Shown: one piece after another, positions 29,459 through 39,536 of the stretch
How positions within the stretch are numbered: position 1 is the first letter of the stretch
Layout: every line of letters starts with the position of its first letter
Origin: an uncultured Muribaculaceae bacterium
GTDB lineage: Bacteria; Bacteroidota; Bacteroidia; Bacteroidales; Muribaculaceae
Length of the DNA: 64,000 nucleotides
Reading direction: 5' to 3'
NCBI GenBank assembly: GCA_948750375.1
Contig: CAPZWT010000004.1
Location: forward strand, 24,598-88,597
Made by a program: the position numbers and the translations under genes
The notes under the pieces: generated by a model
What the model was told of the DNA's origin: nothing
The model's database searches: none
What the model saw: only the letters and a program-made list of their open reading frames with translations

Positions 29459-29779
29459 ATGGATAACAACAATGCAAAACAGGAGCTCAAAATAGAGCTC
29501 ACACCCGAAGTGGCTGCAGGCCATTACTCTAACCTCGCGGTAATCACTCACTCGCCCAACGAATTCTTCATCGACTTCATCGCCGTTGCTCCCAACATGC
29601 CTCAGGCAAAAGTGCAGAGCCGAGTAATCATGACTCCCGAGAACGCCAAGAACCTTCTTTACGCGCTCAGCGACAATGTAAAGAAATATGAGCAGACCTT
29701 CGGCGAAATCAAGCACCGTGTGCCCGCAAACGCCCCCAAAAACGGCAACGGCGGCATCCCCAACCCCTTCGAAGCATAA
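29459..29779 (+). CDS. DUF3467 domain-containing protein
   Basis: IELTPEVAAGHYSNLAVITHSPNEFFIDF, RVIMTPENAK and YEQTFGEI. Confidence 0.85.
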   Translation: MDNNNAKQELKIELTPEVAAGHYSNLAVITHSPNEFFIDFIAVAPNMPQAKVQSRVIMTPENAKNLLYALSDNVKKYEQTFGEIKHRVPANAPKNGNGGIPNPFEA

Positions 29780-29794
29780 ATAAATCCACCATAC

Positions 29795-29835
29795 GCGGAG
29801 TCATGGGTCCGGAAATCGGGCTCATGGCTTCCGCA
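29795..29835 (+). terminator. GC-rich stem-loop between DUF3467 and cysS
   Basis: GCGGAGTCATGGGTCCG / CGGGCTCATGGCTTCCGC imperfect inverted repeat with a weak T tail. Confidence 0.45.
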
Positions 29836-29852
29836 ATTATTTACGGAGCCAA

Positions 29853-31331
29853 ATGAAAGACAATCAGTTCTCCATATACAATTCGATGAGCCGCACCAAA
29901 GAATTGTTCAAGCCACTTCACGCCCCCATGGTAGGCATGTATGTCTGCGGCCCCACGGTTTACGGCGACGGCCATCTGGGCCATGCCCGTCCGGCCATTA
30001 CTTTCGACATCGTCTTCCGCTACCTCACGCATCTGGGCTACAAAGTGCGCTACGTGCGCAACATCACCGACGTCGGTCACCTGGAACACGACGCCGACGA
30101 GGGCGAAGACAAAATAGCCAAGAAAGCGCGGCTCGAACAGCTTGAGCCCATGGAAGTTGTGCAGCACTATCTCATACGCTACCACAAGGCCATGGATGCC
30201 CTCAACGTGCTTCCGCCGTCAATCGAGCCGCACGCCTCAGGCCATATCATAGAGCAGATTGAGTATATCAAGTCTATTCTCGACAGCGGCTATGCATATG
30301 TTAGCGAAGGCTCCGTATATTTCGATGTGCCCAAATTCAACAAAGACTACGGCTACGGCCGCCTTTCGGGTCGAAACATAGACGAACTTCTCGCCACGAC
30401 ACGCCAACTCGACGGCCAAAGCGAAAAGCGCAATCCGGCCGACTTCGCGCTGTGGAAAAAAGCGTCTCCGGAGCACATAATGCACTGGCCCTCGCCCTGG
30501 AGCGAAGGCTTCCCGGGCTGGCACCTCGAATGCTCCACCATGAGCGAAAAATATCTCGGAAAGGAATTTGACATACACGGCGGCGGCATGGACCTCAAAT
30601 TTCCTCACCACGAATGCGAGATAGCGCAGAGCGTGGCCCACAATCATGCCCCGGCAGTGCACTACTGGATGCACAACAACATGATTACTATCAACGGGAA
30701 AAAAATGGGCAAGTCGCTGGGCAATTTCATCACCCTCGACGAGTTCTTCACCGGCAACCATCCGCTGCTGGAGCAGGCATACTCGCCCATGACAATCCGT
30801 TTCTTCATTCTCCAGGCTCACTATAGAGGCACCGTCGACTTCTCGAACGAAGCCCTCAAAGCCGCCGAAACCGCACTCGGACGCATGCTCGACGGATACC
30901 GCCGTCTCGGCGAACTGAAAGCATCGGAGACCTCGACTGTAGATGTAAGCAAGCTCGAAGAGCAGGCATACGCCGCCATGGACGATGACCTGAACACACC
31001 GGTGCTCATCGGCGTGCTTTTCGAGGCCGTGCGCATTATCAACCAAGTGAAAGACCATGCCGGCTCCGCCACACAGGCCGACATCGACACTCTGCGCAAG
31101 CTTATGGATACTTTCCTCATTGAAATTCTCGGCATAATGCCCGACGGAGGCAAAGGCGATACGGCTTCGACCATGAAACCTTACCGCGAGGCCGTTGACC
31201 TTGTGCTCGACATACGCTCAAATGCAAAGAAAAACAAAGACTGGGCCACTTCCGACCTTATCCGCGACCGCCTTGCAGCCATCGGCTTCACGGTGAAAGA
31301 CACCAAAGACGGTGTCGAATGGTCGCTCTGA
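29853..31331 (+). CDS. cysS: Cysteine--tRNA ligase
   Basis: [31 protein letters not shown] and KMGKS. Confidence 0.97.
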   Translation: MKDNQFSIYNSMSRTKELFKPLHAPMVGMYVCGPTVYGDGHLGHARPAITFDIVFRYLTHLGYKVRYVRNITDVGHLEHDADEGEDKIAKKARLEQLEPMEVVQHYLIRYHKAMDALNVLPPSIEPHASGHIIEQIEYIKSILDSGYAYVSEGSVYFDVPKFNKDYGYGRLSGRNIDELLATTRQLDGQSEKRNPADFALWKKASPEHIMHWPSPWSEGFPGWHLECSTMSEKYLGKEFDIHGGGMDLKFPHHECEIAQSVAHNHAPAVHYWMHNNMITINGKKMGKSLGNFITLDEFFTGNHPLLEQAYSPMTIRFFILQAHYRGTVDFSNEALKAAETALGRMLDGYRRLGELKASETSTVDVSKLEEQAYAAMDDDLNTPVLIGVLFEAVRIINQVKDHAGSATQADIDTLRKLMDTFLIEILGIMPDGGKGDTASTMKPYREAVDLVLDIRSNAKKNKDWATSDLIRDRLAAIGFTVKDTKDGVEWSL

Positions 31332-31345
31332 CAAAATAACGACGC

Positions 31346-31750
31346 ATGAACATCGACACAGAGCTCATACGCAGCTATCTCGAAGAGCTGCACATAAGCC
31401 CCCAGACCGACGAAGACGGCGACCTGATAATACTCCAGGAGGCCGACCGAGACTTCGGCCACGATGTATATATATTCGTGGTAGTGCGCAACAACTATCT
31501 CCGGTTTCAGGCCGGCGCTCCCGATTACAAGCCGGCAGAAGGCCTCGACCCTCTTTATATGGTAAACAGGCACAACTGTCGCCGCATGATGCCCATTGCC
31601 ACAGTGCGCAACGGCGAAATACGCATGGAGTACTCTTTTCTTCTCGACGAAGAAGTATCGAAAGAGTACATCGTGGAAAACTGTCTCAAACTCACAATCG
31701 GCAACATATGGAGGGCCTTTGTAGAGCTTGAGCTTCCCGACGACAAATAA
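31346..31750 (+). CDS. YbjN-like (T3SS chaperone fold) protein
   Basis: 134 aa with a DEDGDL turn, beta-rich core and VNRHN helix motif, resembling the YbjN family. Confidence 0.55.
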   Translation: MNIDTELIRSYLEELHISPQTDEDGDLIILQEADRDFGHDVYIFVVVRNNYLRFQAGAPDYKPAEGLDPLYMVNRHNCRRMMPIATVRNGEIRMEYSFLLDEEVSKEYIVENCLKLTIGNIWRAFVELELPDDK

Positions 31751-31772
31751 ACATTGGCCTGAATCAGGCAAG

Positions 31773-31826
31773 CAACAAATAAAAATCAATTCCCGACCAT
31801 TGCCGGGAATTGATTTTTATTTGTTG
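31773..31826. terminator. Bidirectional terminator, perfect 23-bp inverted repeat
   Basis: CAACAAATAAAAATCAATTCCCG (31773-31795) and its exact reverse complement (31804-31826), between convergent genes. Confidence 0.85.
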
Positions 31827-31832
31827 TTGACT

Positions 31833-32750
31833 TTACTCGGCGGCAGTAGCCTGAGGACCGAAAATACGGTTTATCTCACCGGCCCACTCCTTGTGGTTGC
31901 GAGCCTCGCTATTATAATTCCAGAGGAAACCGCCGACAGCGCCATCGTTGTCGCGCCAATTTTTGAAGCGTCGTTTCATGGCCTCGATGTCGGAGCTGGC
32001 CTCGCAGTCAAAGCCCACATACATGGGTATGTTTCCGAAGACTTTCCAGTCGGCAGGCTTGTTGCGTGCGCCGCCGCCATATATCTGAAGGTATACGAGC
32101 TCGCACGCACCGGGTGCAGCCTCGTTGAGCTTAGCCACAAATTTTTCCCAATACTGTTTATTTGTATATGGAGCTATTGTTGTCTTGAACCCAATGTCGG
32201 CAAGCATGCGGTGGAATGCCACGGACTCCTCTAGATTATAATCCTGCTCCTGGTCGTTGTTTACTGCCACGATTTCGGGAATAGCCTCCTTGAGAGCCTT
32301 GAAATTGCGGTAGAGCACGGTCTCCTCGCCGATGCCGTCGCGCTCGATAATTTTCTTGATATTTCCGTAAGAGCCATTTTCCCAGCCGCCGATACATATT
32401 TCCAGACGGTTGATAGACGTAGGCTGCTTAAGCAGCGACTGCACATCGCCTACATATTGCGGCTGGCATTCGGCGAAAACGTAAACGCCGTCGCGGCATA
32501 TAACACCTCCGGCTTCGGCAGGTGTCTGAGTGCTCCAGTTATAATCCGTGGTCAGCGAGCCGTCTTCCTCCACATTCACATTGAAGAGAATTGCCGTGGT
32601 ATAGCCCGACATACGCAGGTTATCAATTGCCGTCTCTCTGTTTCGGCGTATATGACCGCACGCATAAATCGCCGACTGGGCATATAAATCGGCAGCTCCG
32701 GCCAAAAGCAAAACCGACAATAAAAGCAGATGTGTAAAGCCTGATTTCAT
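31833..32750 (-). CDS. Secreted GH18-like (TIM barrel) glycoside hydrolase
   Basis: Signal peptide from ATG 32750 (MKSGFTHLLL...). ICIGGW and AVNNDQE resemble the GH18 SxGG and DxxDxDxE motifs; LQIYGG and C-terminal GGFLW are also present. Confidence 0.6.
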   Translation of the reverse strand: MKSGFTHLLLLSVLLLAGAADLYAQSAIYACGHIRRNRETAIDNLRMSGYTTAILFNVNVEEDGSLTTDYNWSTQTPAEAGGVICRDGVYVFAECQPQYVGDVQSLLKQPTSINRLEICIGGWENGSYGNIKKIIERDGIGEETVLYRNFKALKEAIPEIVAVNNDQEQDYNLEESVAFHRMLADIGFKTTIAPYTNKQYWEKFVAKLNEAAPGACELVYLQIYGGGARNKPADWKVFGNIPMYVGFDCEASSDIEAMKRRFKNWRDNDGAVGGFLWNYNSEARNHKEWAGEINRIFGPQATAAE

Positions 32751-32795
32751 ACTTATGATAATGATTAATAAATTGATTAGATGCACTGCATGAAG

Positions 32796-32862
32796 CAAAA
32801 TTACAAAAAAAATCGTTTTTACGCGTAAGTGAGGCGCAATTGTCGATTTTTTTGTAATTTTG
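32796..32862. promoter_or_regulatory. Back-to-back divergent -7 promoter elements (GH18-like gene and ispB)
   Basis: TAATTTTG on the minus strand at 32796-32803 and on the plus strand at 32855-32862. Confidence 0.6.
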
Positions 32863-32879
32863 CGAATTAATGTGCATAC

Positions 32880-33854
32880 ATGACAACGCTTAAAACAATA
32901 AACCGCATCCACGCCACCGAACTCGAGCAGCTCAACGAGCGCATCAGGAGGGTTCTACAGACCGACAACTCTTTGATGAGCAATATAGTGCTGTCGCTGC
33001 TGCGAACCCGCGGCAAACAACTCCGCCCACTGTTGCTTATGATGTGCGCCGGCTTGTTCGGAAAAATTGACGACAAGGTGCTTTCAGCGGCAGCCTCTGT
33101 AGAACTGCTTCACAATGCATCGCTGATACACGACGATGTGGTAGACAACTCCATGACCCGTCGCAGCCAGCCCACAGTCAATGCTGTATGGGACAATCAC
33201 ATAGCCGTACTCGCCGGCGACTACTTCACTTCGTCGGCCATGCAGGAGGCCATATCGACCGGCGACATACGTATTGTCGAGTCGCTGTGCAAGCTCGGCC
33301 GTCAGCTATCTCTCGGCGAAATCGACCAGATATACAACGCACGCGAGCACACCCTCGACATCAACGGTTATTTCCGCATTATAGACTATAAGACAGCATC
33401 GCTATTCGTGTCGAGCGCCGAAATGGGATGTTTCGCCGCCGGAGCCCCCGACGAAGCCCGGAAAATACTGGCTCAATACGCCTTGCTGTTTGGTCGCTGT
33501 TTCCAAATCCGCGATGACGTGTTCGACTACTATCCGGCCGAACAGATAGGCAAGCCCACCGGAAACGACCTCCGCGAAGGCAAGGTGACACTTCCGCTGC
33601 TTCACGCACTTGAAGACAAATCAACCCCCGGCCACGCCCATGTATGTGCCCTGCTGGCAAAAGACAGCCTCAGCGACGAGGAAATAAGCTTCATACAGGC
33701 ATTCGCACGCGACAACGGCGGCATCGACTATGCTTTCGAAGTGATGCTTGAGCTTCGCGAAAATGCTGTTGCCGGCCTGGCAACGCTGCCCCAGTCGCCC
33801 ATCCGCGACGAGCTTGCCGAGCTGTTCGACTTTATCATTGAACGCCAGTTTTAA
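32880..33854 (+). CDS. ispB: Polyprenyl (octaprenyl-type) diphosphate synthase
   Basis: GKQLRP, LIHDDVVD (FARM), RR, YKTA, FQIRDD (SARM) and GKPTGNDLREGK. Confidence 0.9.
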   Translation: MTTLKTINRIHATELEQLNERIRRVLQTDNSLMSNIVLSLLRTRGKQLRPLLLMMCAGLFGKIDDKVLSAAASVELLHNASLIHDDVVDNSMTRRSQPTVNAVWDNHIAVLAGDYFTSSAMQEAISTGDIRIVESLCKLGRQLSLGEIDQIYNAREHTLDINGYFRIIDYKTASLFVSSAEMGCFAAGAPDEARKILAQYALLFGRCFQIRDDVFDYYPAEQIGKPTGNDLREGKVTLPLLHALEDKSTPGHAHVCALLAKDSLSDEEISFIQAFARDNGGIDYAFEVMLELRENAVAGLATLPQSPIRDELAELFDFIIERQF

Positions 33855-33863
33855 ACACCTCAC

Positions 33864-35900
33864 ATGGCATATCACAAAGGAATCGCCAATGGCATGAGAG
33901 CACTTGTTTGGCTGTGTATGGCCGCATTGTTTGCGGCCTGTGCCAATATGGGGCGACCCGAAGGGGGCGCTCGCGACGAGCTGCCTCCTGTTTTTATGCG
34001 CTCCGACCCTATGCCAGGAGCCACAAATGTGAATAAGAACCGTCTCACAGCCACATTTGACGAAAACATACAGCTCGAAGACGCGTTTTCAAAAGTCGTT
34101 GTATCGCCGGCTCAGAAAACACCGCCCCGCGTATCGGCCAACGGACGGCGCCTCACCGTCGACTTTCAGGACACTCTGCTGCCCAATACCACATATACCG
34201 TTGACTTCGCAGATGCCATAAAAGACCTCAATGAAGGCAATATCCTTGATGGATTCGCCATAGACTTCAGCACCGGCGACACCCTCGACACCCTCCGCAT
34301 ATCGGGCATAGTGCTTCAGGCCGAAAATCTCGAGCCGGCCCAGGGCATGCTCGTAGGTGCTTATTCGAACTACACCGACACGTCGCTCACTACACAGCCG
34401 TTCGACCGTATTGCACGCACCAACCAGCTCGGACAGTTCACAATACGCAATCTCAAACCGGGCAAATACCGCATTTTCGCAATCAACGACGTAAACCGCG
34501 ACTACCACTGGGACAAGTCGGAAGACGTGGCCTTCTATGACGAATACGTGTCGCCCACTACTGAAGCCATAACTGTCACCGACACCCTTTTCGCCGCAAA
34601 CGGCGAAGATTCGCTCGTATCGCATCCGGGTATACGCTATATGCCCAACGACCTGCTGCTGACGTGGTTCAACGTGGGATACAAACCTCTGTATATGACC
34701 GACAGCAAACGCGAAGACCGGCGGCGAATCATCTTGCGTTTCTCCGCACCGATGGACACCCTGCCCTGTATAACAATCGCCGACGGAGCTCCCGACATAG
34801 GCCGGAGCATCGACGAATGGGCTATGCTGAAGGCCAATGCCACTCTCGACTCTCTTGAGTACTGGATTGCCGACACCGTGGTGATGAATGCAGACTCACT
34901 GCGCCTTGCCGTGAATTATCTCAAGACAGATACCGCCGACCGTATTGTGTGGACCACCGACACACTGCGCTTTTTCTTCAAAACTCCCAAAGAGAATAAG
35001 AAAGACAAGAAAAAGAAAGACGCCAAGCCTGCATTTATCGTCGACACGATTACGGGCGACACCACATTCCTGCCGCCGCCCGACCTGGAATATCTGGGCA
35101 TGAAACAGCCCGGCGGCACACAGGAGCTCAACCGTCCGTTTTATTTCGAGGCCGTAGCACCAATCGCTACAATCGACACCGCCGGCGTGCATATGGATAT
35201 ACTTGTCGACACGCTCTGGCAGGCTGTTCCCTTCAAAATTCAGACCGACAGTCTCAATCCGCTCATGCGCCGCCGCATCGACCTGGAATGGAAAGGAAAC
35301 GACAAATATCGCTTCACAATCGACTCGCTGGCCATACACAGCATCTACAACACGTGGAACCGCCCTCTGAAGCAGGAATTCACCGTGCGTCCCCCCGAAG
35401 ACTACTCCAGCCTTCGCTTCACACTCCCCGGACTTGACTCCGTACAAGTGGTGGTAGAGCTGCTCAACAGCTCGGATGCGCCGCAATACCGAGGCATAAA
35501 AGCCGCCGGCGAAAGCGATGTGCTCTTGAAATTTCTCAATCCGGGCACTTACTACGCCAGGCTGTTCATCGACAGCAACGCCAACGGTAAATGGGATACC
35601 GGCAATCCTGTCGACTCCATTGCCATGCAGCCGGAAGAAGTGTATTACTTCGCAAAAAAACTCGAGTTGAAAAAGAACTGGGACATAGAGCAGACATGGA
35701 TTGTTGACGAGCTACCCGTCGATGCACAGAAGCCTTATGCGGTAAAGAAAAACAAGCCAAAGCTCAAGCGCGGCGAGAAATCGCCCGGACAGGACGATGA
35801 AGACGACACCAGCGAGGAGGATATGAATTACAATCCCTTCGACCGCACCGGACGCAATTCGCGCGGACAACGCACCAACCGGACGGGACAAACATTATAA
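33864..35900 (+). CDS. Ig-like (Big_5) domain lipoprotein, conserved Bacteroidetes envelope protein
   Basis: Lipobox FAAC followed by ANMGRPEGG..D..PP; FDENI, LLPNTTYTVDF and C-terminal D.N.NG.WDTG...QPE motifs. Confidence 0.75.
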   Translation: MAYHKGIANGMRALVWLCMAALFAACANMGRPEGGARDELPPVFMRSDPMPGATNVNKNRLTATFDENIQLEDAFSKVVVSPAQKTPPRVSANGRRLTVDFQDTLLPNTTYTVDFADAIKDLNEGNILDGFAIDFSTGDTLDTLRISGIVLQAENLEPAQGMLVGAYSNYTDTSLTTQPFDRIARTNQLGQFTIRNLKPGKYRIFAINDVNRDYHWDKSEDVAFYDEYVSPTTEAITVTDTLFAANGEDSLVSHPGIRYMPNDLLLTWFNVGYKPLYMTDSKREDRRRIILRFSAPMDTLPCITIADGAPDIGRSIDEWAMLKANATLDSLEYWIADTVVMNADSLRLAVNYLKTDTADRIVWTTDTLRFFFKTPKENKKDKKKKDAKPAFIVDTITGDTTFLPPPDLEYLGMKQPGGTQELNRPFYFEAVAPIATIDTAGVHMDILVDTLWQAVPFKIQTDSLNPLMRRRIDLEWKGNDKYRFTIDSLAIHSIYNTWNRPLKQEFTVRPPEDYSSLRFTLPGLDSVQVVVELLNSSDAPQYRGIKAAGESDVLLKFLNPGTYYARLFIDSNANGKWDTGNPVDSIAMQPEEVYYFAKKLELKKNWDIEQTWIVDELPVDAQKPYAVKKNKPKLKRGEKSPGQDDEDDTSEEDMNYNPFDRTGRNSRGQRTNRTGQTL

Positions 35901-35908
35901 CCGGACAT

Positions 35909-36481
35909 ATGAAAAGAACTGTTACAGTTTATTGCGCATCGGCACGCAATATCGACCCCATATACACAGCTACAGCCACACAACTCGGCAAGGCTCTCGC
36001 TCTGAACGGCATACATCTCGTAACCGGGGGCGGCGCCACCGGCCTGATGGGCGCAGTTGAAAACGGCGCCCTCGAAGCCGACGGCGAGGCTACGGGCATC
36101 ATTCCCGAGTTCATGTACGAAAACGGATGGCAGCACAAAAGTCTCACCCACCTCGAGATAGTGCCCGACATGCACGCGCGCAAATCACGTATGGCAGAAC
36201 TTGGCGACTCAGTGATAGCTCTGCCCGGCGGCATAGGCACCTTCGAAGAACTGCTCGAAATAATCACATGGCGACAGCTCGGCCTCTATCATGGCAATAT
36301 TGTGATATTCAACGTGAACAATTACTACGCTCCGTTGCTTTCGATGTTCGAACAGGCTATCGGGCAAGGATTCATGCGCAAAGAGTACCGCAGCCTTTAT
36401 AAAGTGACCGAAAGCGTAGAGGAGACAATCGCCGCCGTTCTTGCCGAGCCCGAGCAGCGCATTTACCCTCAGAAATTCTGA
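35909..36481 (+). CDS. LOG family nucleotide phosphoribohydrolase (TIGR00730)
   Basis: GGGATGLMG, MHARK and LPGGIGTFEE. Confidence 0.9.
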   Translation: MKRTVTVYCASARNIDPIYTATATQLGKALALNGIHLVTGGGATGLMGAVENGALEADGEATGIIPEFMYENGWQHKSLTHLEIVPDMHARKSRMAELGDSVIALPGGIGTFEELLEIITWRQLGLYHGNIVIFNVNNYYAPLLSMFEQAIGQGFMRKEYRSLYKVTESVEETIAAVLAEPEQRIYPQKF

Positions 36482-36487
36482 CAAACC

Positions 36488-37447
36488 GTGCCCGATTCAA
36501 CCGCCATAGCAACGACACCTGCCGAAACAGGCCTGAACACTCCCGTGCACAGGCCCGAGGCCACAGTGCCACCGCCGGCATCGAGCTATATACTGCCCAA
36601 AGACTTCGCCGAGGCTGATTACGGCGGCATCTGCACCTCGATAATAGATTCGATAGGCGCAGATACCGTAAGCGGCCGCATACCACACTTCATACCGGTC
36701 GAAGACGCTGAATTTCTAAGGCTTCAGGAAAAATTCGACAGCATAGCGGCAGCCTCAGTGACGCCGGAGATGCCTTCGGGCGCAGAAGTTGGGCTTGCAC
36801 CGGATGCACTCCCGTCAAACACGGGCAACGACTCCGCGCTCATCGTTCTGATGATGGGCATTCTCGCGTTGCTCGGGTTCAGCGGCGGCAGCATATGGCG
36901 TGCCCTGCGCACCTATCGCCACGACCTGTGGAATATCCGCCGCCCCAATGTATTCGACGACGAACACACCGTGCCGCTTTCTACCGGCATACTCCTTGCC
37001 GTAAACACAATCGTCTTCGGCGGTATTGTGCTCTACACACTGGCCGGAGAGCCGACATACGACGGCTTCGGGCCGATAGGCATATCGATAGGGATAATGG
37101 CGGCATATTATATCTTCCGTCTCACAGCATATGAAGTGGTTGGTTATACATTCGGCACACCCGAAGGACGTCGGCGCTGGCTCGATGGCTTTTTTGCGAC
37201 CGAAGCCTTCACAGGCATCGTACTCATACTTCCGGCTATTTTGCTCCTTCTACAGCCGCGATGGCATAGCGCGCTCATTATTTTCTCATTAACAGTCGTT
37301 ATAGTCGCACGATTGATATTCATTTGCAAAGGAATTCGCATTTTTTATGTGAATTTTAGGTCTTTGCTTTATTTTATTTTGTACCTTTGCACTCTCGAAA
37401 TAGTACCATTATTAGCTTTATATGGCTCGTGCGCATATCTGCAGTGA
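36488..37447 (+). CDS. DUF4271 membrane protein
   Basis: Multiple TM helices ending in YFILYLCTLEIVP; position upstream of hemD. Confidence 0.75.
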   Translation: MPDSTAIATTPAETGLNTPVHRPEATVPPPASSYILPKDFAEADYGGICTSIIDSIGADTVSGRIPHFIPVEDAEFLRLQEKFDSIAAASVTPEMPSGAEVGLAPDALPSNTGNDSALIVLMMGILALLGFSGGSIWRALRTYRHDLWNIRRPNVFDDEHTVPLSTGILLAVNTIVFGGIVLYTLAGEPTYDGFGPIGISIGIMAAYYIFRLTAYEVVGYTFGTPEGRRRWLDGFFATEAFTGIVLILPAILLLLQPRWHSALIIFSLTVVIVARLIFICKGIRIFYVNFRSLLYFILYLCTLEIVPLLALYGSCAYLQ

Positions 37448-37481
37448 TATGCGACATACCATTGCATATAAATCCAATAAA

Positions 37482-38222
37482 GTGAAGACAAAAAAGATTC
37501 TGGTCTCCCAGCCCAAACCAACCTCCGACAAGTCGCCCTATTTTGACCTCAGCGAAAAATACGGCGTCGAAATAGTATTTCGCCCTTTTATCAAAATCGA
37601 AGGTCTTTCTGCCAAGGATTTTAGGGCACAGAAAATCAACATAGCAGATTTCAGTGCGATTATCTTCACGGCCAAAACGGCAGTCGACAACTTTTTCCGT
37701 CTCTGCGAGGAGATGCGCGTAACCATTCCCCCTACACAGAAATTTTTCTGCTCGAGTGAATCAATCGCAAACTATCTGCAGAAATATATCATCTATCGCA
37801 AGCGCAAGATTTTCGCTTCCAAGACAGGAAAAATCGCCGACCTTCTTCCGTCGATGCAAAAGCACAAGACCGACAACTATCTGCTTATTGTGAGCGACGT
37901 AAACAACGGTAGCGAGGCAGCATTCCTGGCCGCTAACAAAATCAATGTGACCCAGGCCGCGATGTACCGCACGGTGAGCAATGACTTCACCCCCGATGAA
38001 GCTTTCGACTATAACATGCTCGTATTCTTCAGCCCCCAGGGTATAGAGTCGCTGCTCAAGAACTTCCCTTCGTTCGAGCAGGGCGACATTGCCATTGCAG
38101 CCCTCGGCACAGCCACAGCCAATGCAGTGAAGGAAGCAGGCCTGCGTCTCGACGTGCCAGCTCCCACTCCTGAAGCGCCCTCGATGCCTGCGGCAATCGA
38201 CCTCTTCCTCTCAAAACAGTAA
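37482..38222 (+). CDS. hemD: Uroporphyrinogen-III synthase family protein
   Basis: ILVSQPKP..KSPY, FRPFIKIEG, YLQKYIIYRKRK, MYRTVSND and FFSPQGI. Likely GTG start at 37482. Confidence 0.85.
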   Translation: MKTKKILVSQPKPTSDKSPYFDLSEKYGVEIVFRPFIKIEGLSAKDFRAQKINIADFSAIIFTAKTAVDNFFRLCEEMRVTIPPTQKFFCSSESIANYLQKYIIYRKRKIFASKTGKIADLLPSMQKHKTDNYLLIVSDVNNGSEAAFLAANKINVTQAAMYRTVSNDFTPDEAFDYNMLVFFSPQGIESLLKNFPSFEQGDIAIAALGTATANAVKEAGLRLDVPAPTPEAPSMPAAIDLFLSKQ

Positions 38223-38235
38223 CTATCACTCCGCC

Positions 38236-38631
38236 GTGAAAAAATTCGGCCTATATAAAAAGGAAAAGTTGTGTTCCTCCAGAGCTGTAGAGATACTCTT
38301 CAGCCCGGGAGGAGCTGAGTTTTCGCGTCTCTGCTATCCGCTTAGAGCCGTTGCCCGACGCAATGCCCTGCGGAAATCCGACGCGCCGGTCGCTTTTCTC
38401 ATCACAGTGCCGAAAAAACGGCTCCGTCATGCTGTTGACCGCGTACAGATGCGTCGCCGCATACGCGAATCATATCGTCTCAACCATCATGACTATCCCG
38501 TGGCCGACAGCGAACGCATTGATTTGGGTCTGGTATATGTGGCCGACAAACTCATGCCTTACTCGGCAGTGGAAAAGGCCATGAAAAAAATTCTCTCCGA
38601 GCTCTCCGCTCACTTCTCCGGCAAACAATGA
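38236..38631 (+). CDS. rnpA: Ribonuclease P protein component
   Basis: L.K.EKL and the RNR-like motif [24 protein letters not shown]. Confidence 0.88.
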   Translation: MKKFGLYKKEKLCSSRAVEILFSPGGAEFSRLCYPLRAVARRNALRKSDAPVAFLITVPKKRLRHAVDRVQMRRRIRESYRLNHHDYPVADSERIDLGLVYVADKLMPYSAVEKAMKKILSELSAHFSGKQ

Positions 38632-38867
38632 CAGCGCCATCGCTGATACGCAGAGCTTTTGTGTGGCTGCTGACACTGCCGATACTGTTTTACAGAGCCT
38701 GCATATCGCCTATGTTTCCGCCTTGTTGCCGTTTTACCCCCACATGCAGCGCATACGCCCTTGAGGCACTGCGCAAACACGGTCCTGTAAAAGGACTATG
38801 GCTCGCCATAAAACGCATACTCCGATGTAATCCGTGGGGTGGCAGCGGCTACGACCCCGTACCATGA
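38628..38867 (+). CDS. yidD: Membrane protein insertion efficiency factor
   Basis: [11 protein letters not shown] and [17 protein letters not shown]. Confidence 0.93.
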   Translation: MTAPSLIRRAFVWLLTLPILFYRACISPMFPPCCRFTPTCSAYALEALRKHGPVKGLWLAIKRILRCNPWGGSGYDPVP

Positions 38868-39397
38868 AACCAGAACTGAAAGATTTCTCCGACATACACA
38901 CTCACGGACGCACCGGGGCCGATATAATCACATCTGTAGAGCCCGACGAAAAGCTTTGGGGCGAGTACGGCACCGCATGGTACAGCGTTGGCATACATCC
39001 CTGGAGCACTGCGAAGCCTGTAGCTGCCGAAACAATAGAAAGACTGAGACGACTCGCACGAGACCCTCGCGTTGCAGCAATCGGCGAAGCCGGTTTCGAC
39101 AAAAAACGCGGAGGCACGACCGAATATCAGAGCGAGATATTCGCTCTGCACGCCGCACTCGCCGAGGAGACCGGCAAACCACTCATCATACATTGTGTAG
39201 GCCGTTACGGGCTTCTTATAGAGCTCAAGCAAGGCCTGCAGCCTTCTCAGCAATGGATAATCCACGGCTTTACGGGCAAAGCCGAGCTTGCGCGCCAGCT
39301 CGTAGCCGCCGGCTTTTTCTTCTCGCTCAAAGCCGACTCACCGGCCAGGCAATGGGGTATTATCCCAGAGTGTCGCATTTTTCCCGAGTCTGACTGA
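38864..39397 (+). CDS. TatD family hydrolase (short)
   Basis: [23 protein letters not shown] and IIHGF; ends at ESD. ATGA overlap with yidD. Confidence 0.8.
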   Translation: MKPELKDFSDIHTHGRTGADIITSVEPDEKLWGEYGTAWYSVGIHPWSTAKPVAAETIERLRRLARDPRVAAIGEAGFDKKRGGTTEYQSEIFALHAALAEETGKPLIIHCVGRYGLLIELKQGLQPSQQWIIHGFTGKAELARQLVAAGFFFSLKADSPARQWGIIPECRIFPESD

Positions 39398-39536
39398 ATT
39401 TCGACCGGATAAACTATATTTTCGGGAGGCGCGGGTGTGCTGATTGGAGTAAAGGGCCAAAAATGCATCCATAAGCCAACCGTTCCATATAACCGATTGT
39501 TATTATTTATATTTTTGTAGAATAATATCTAATCCT

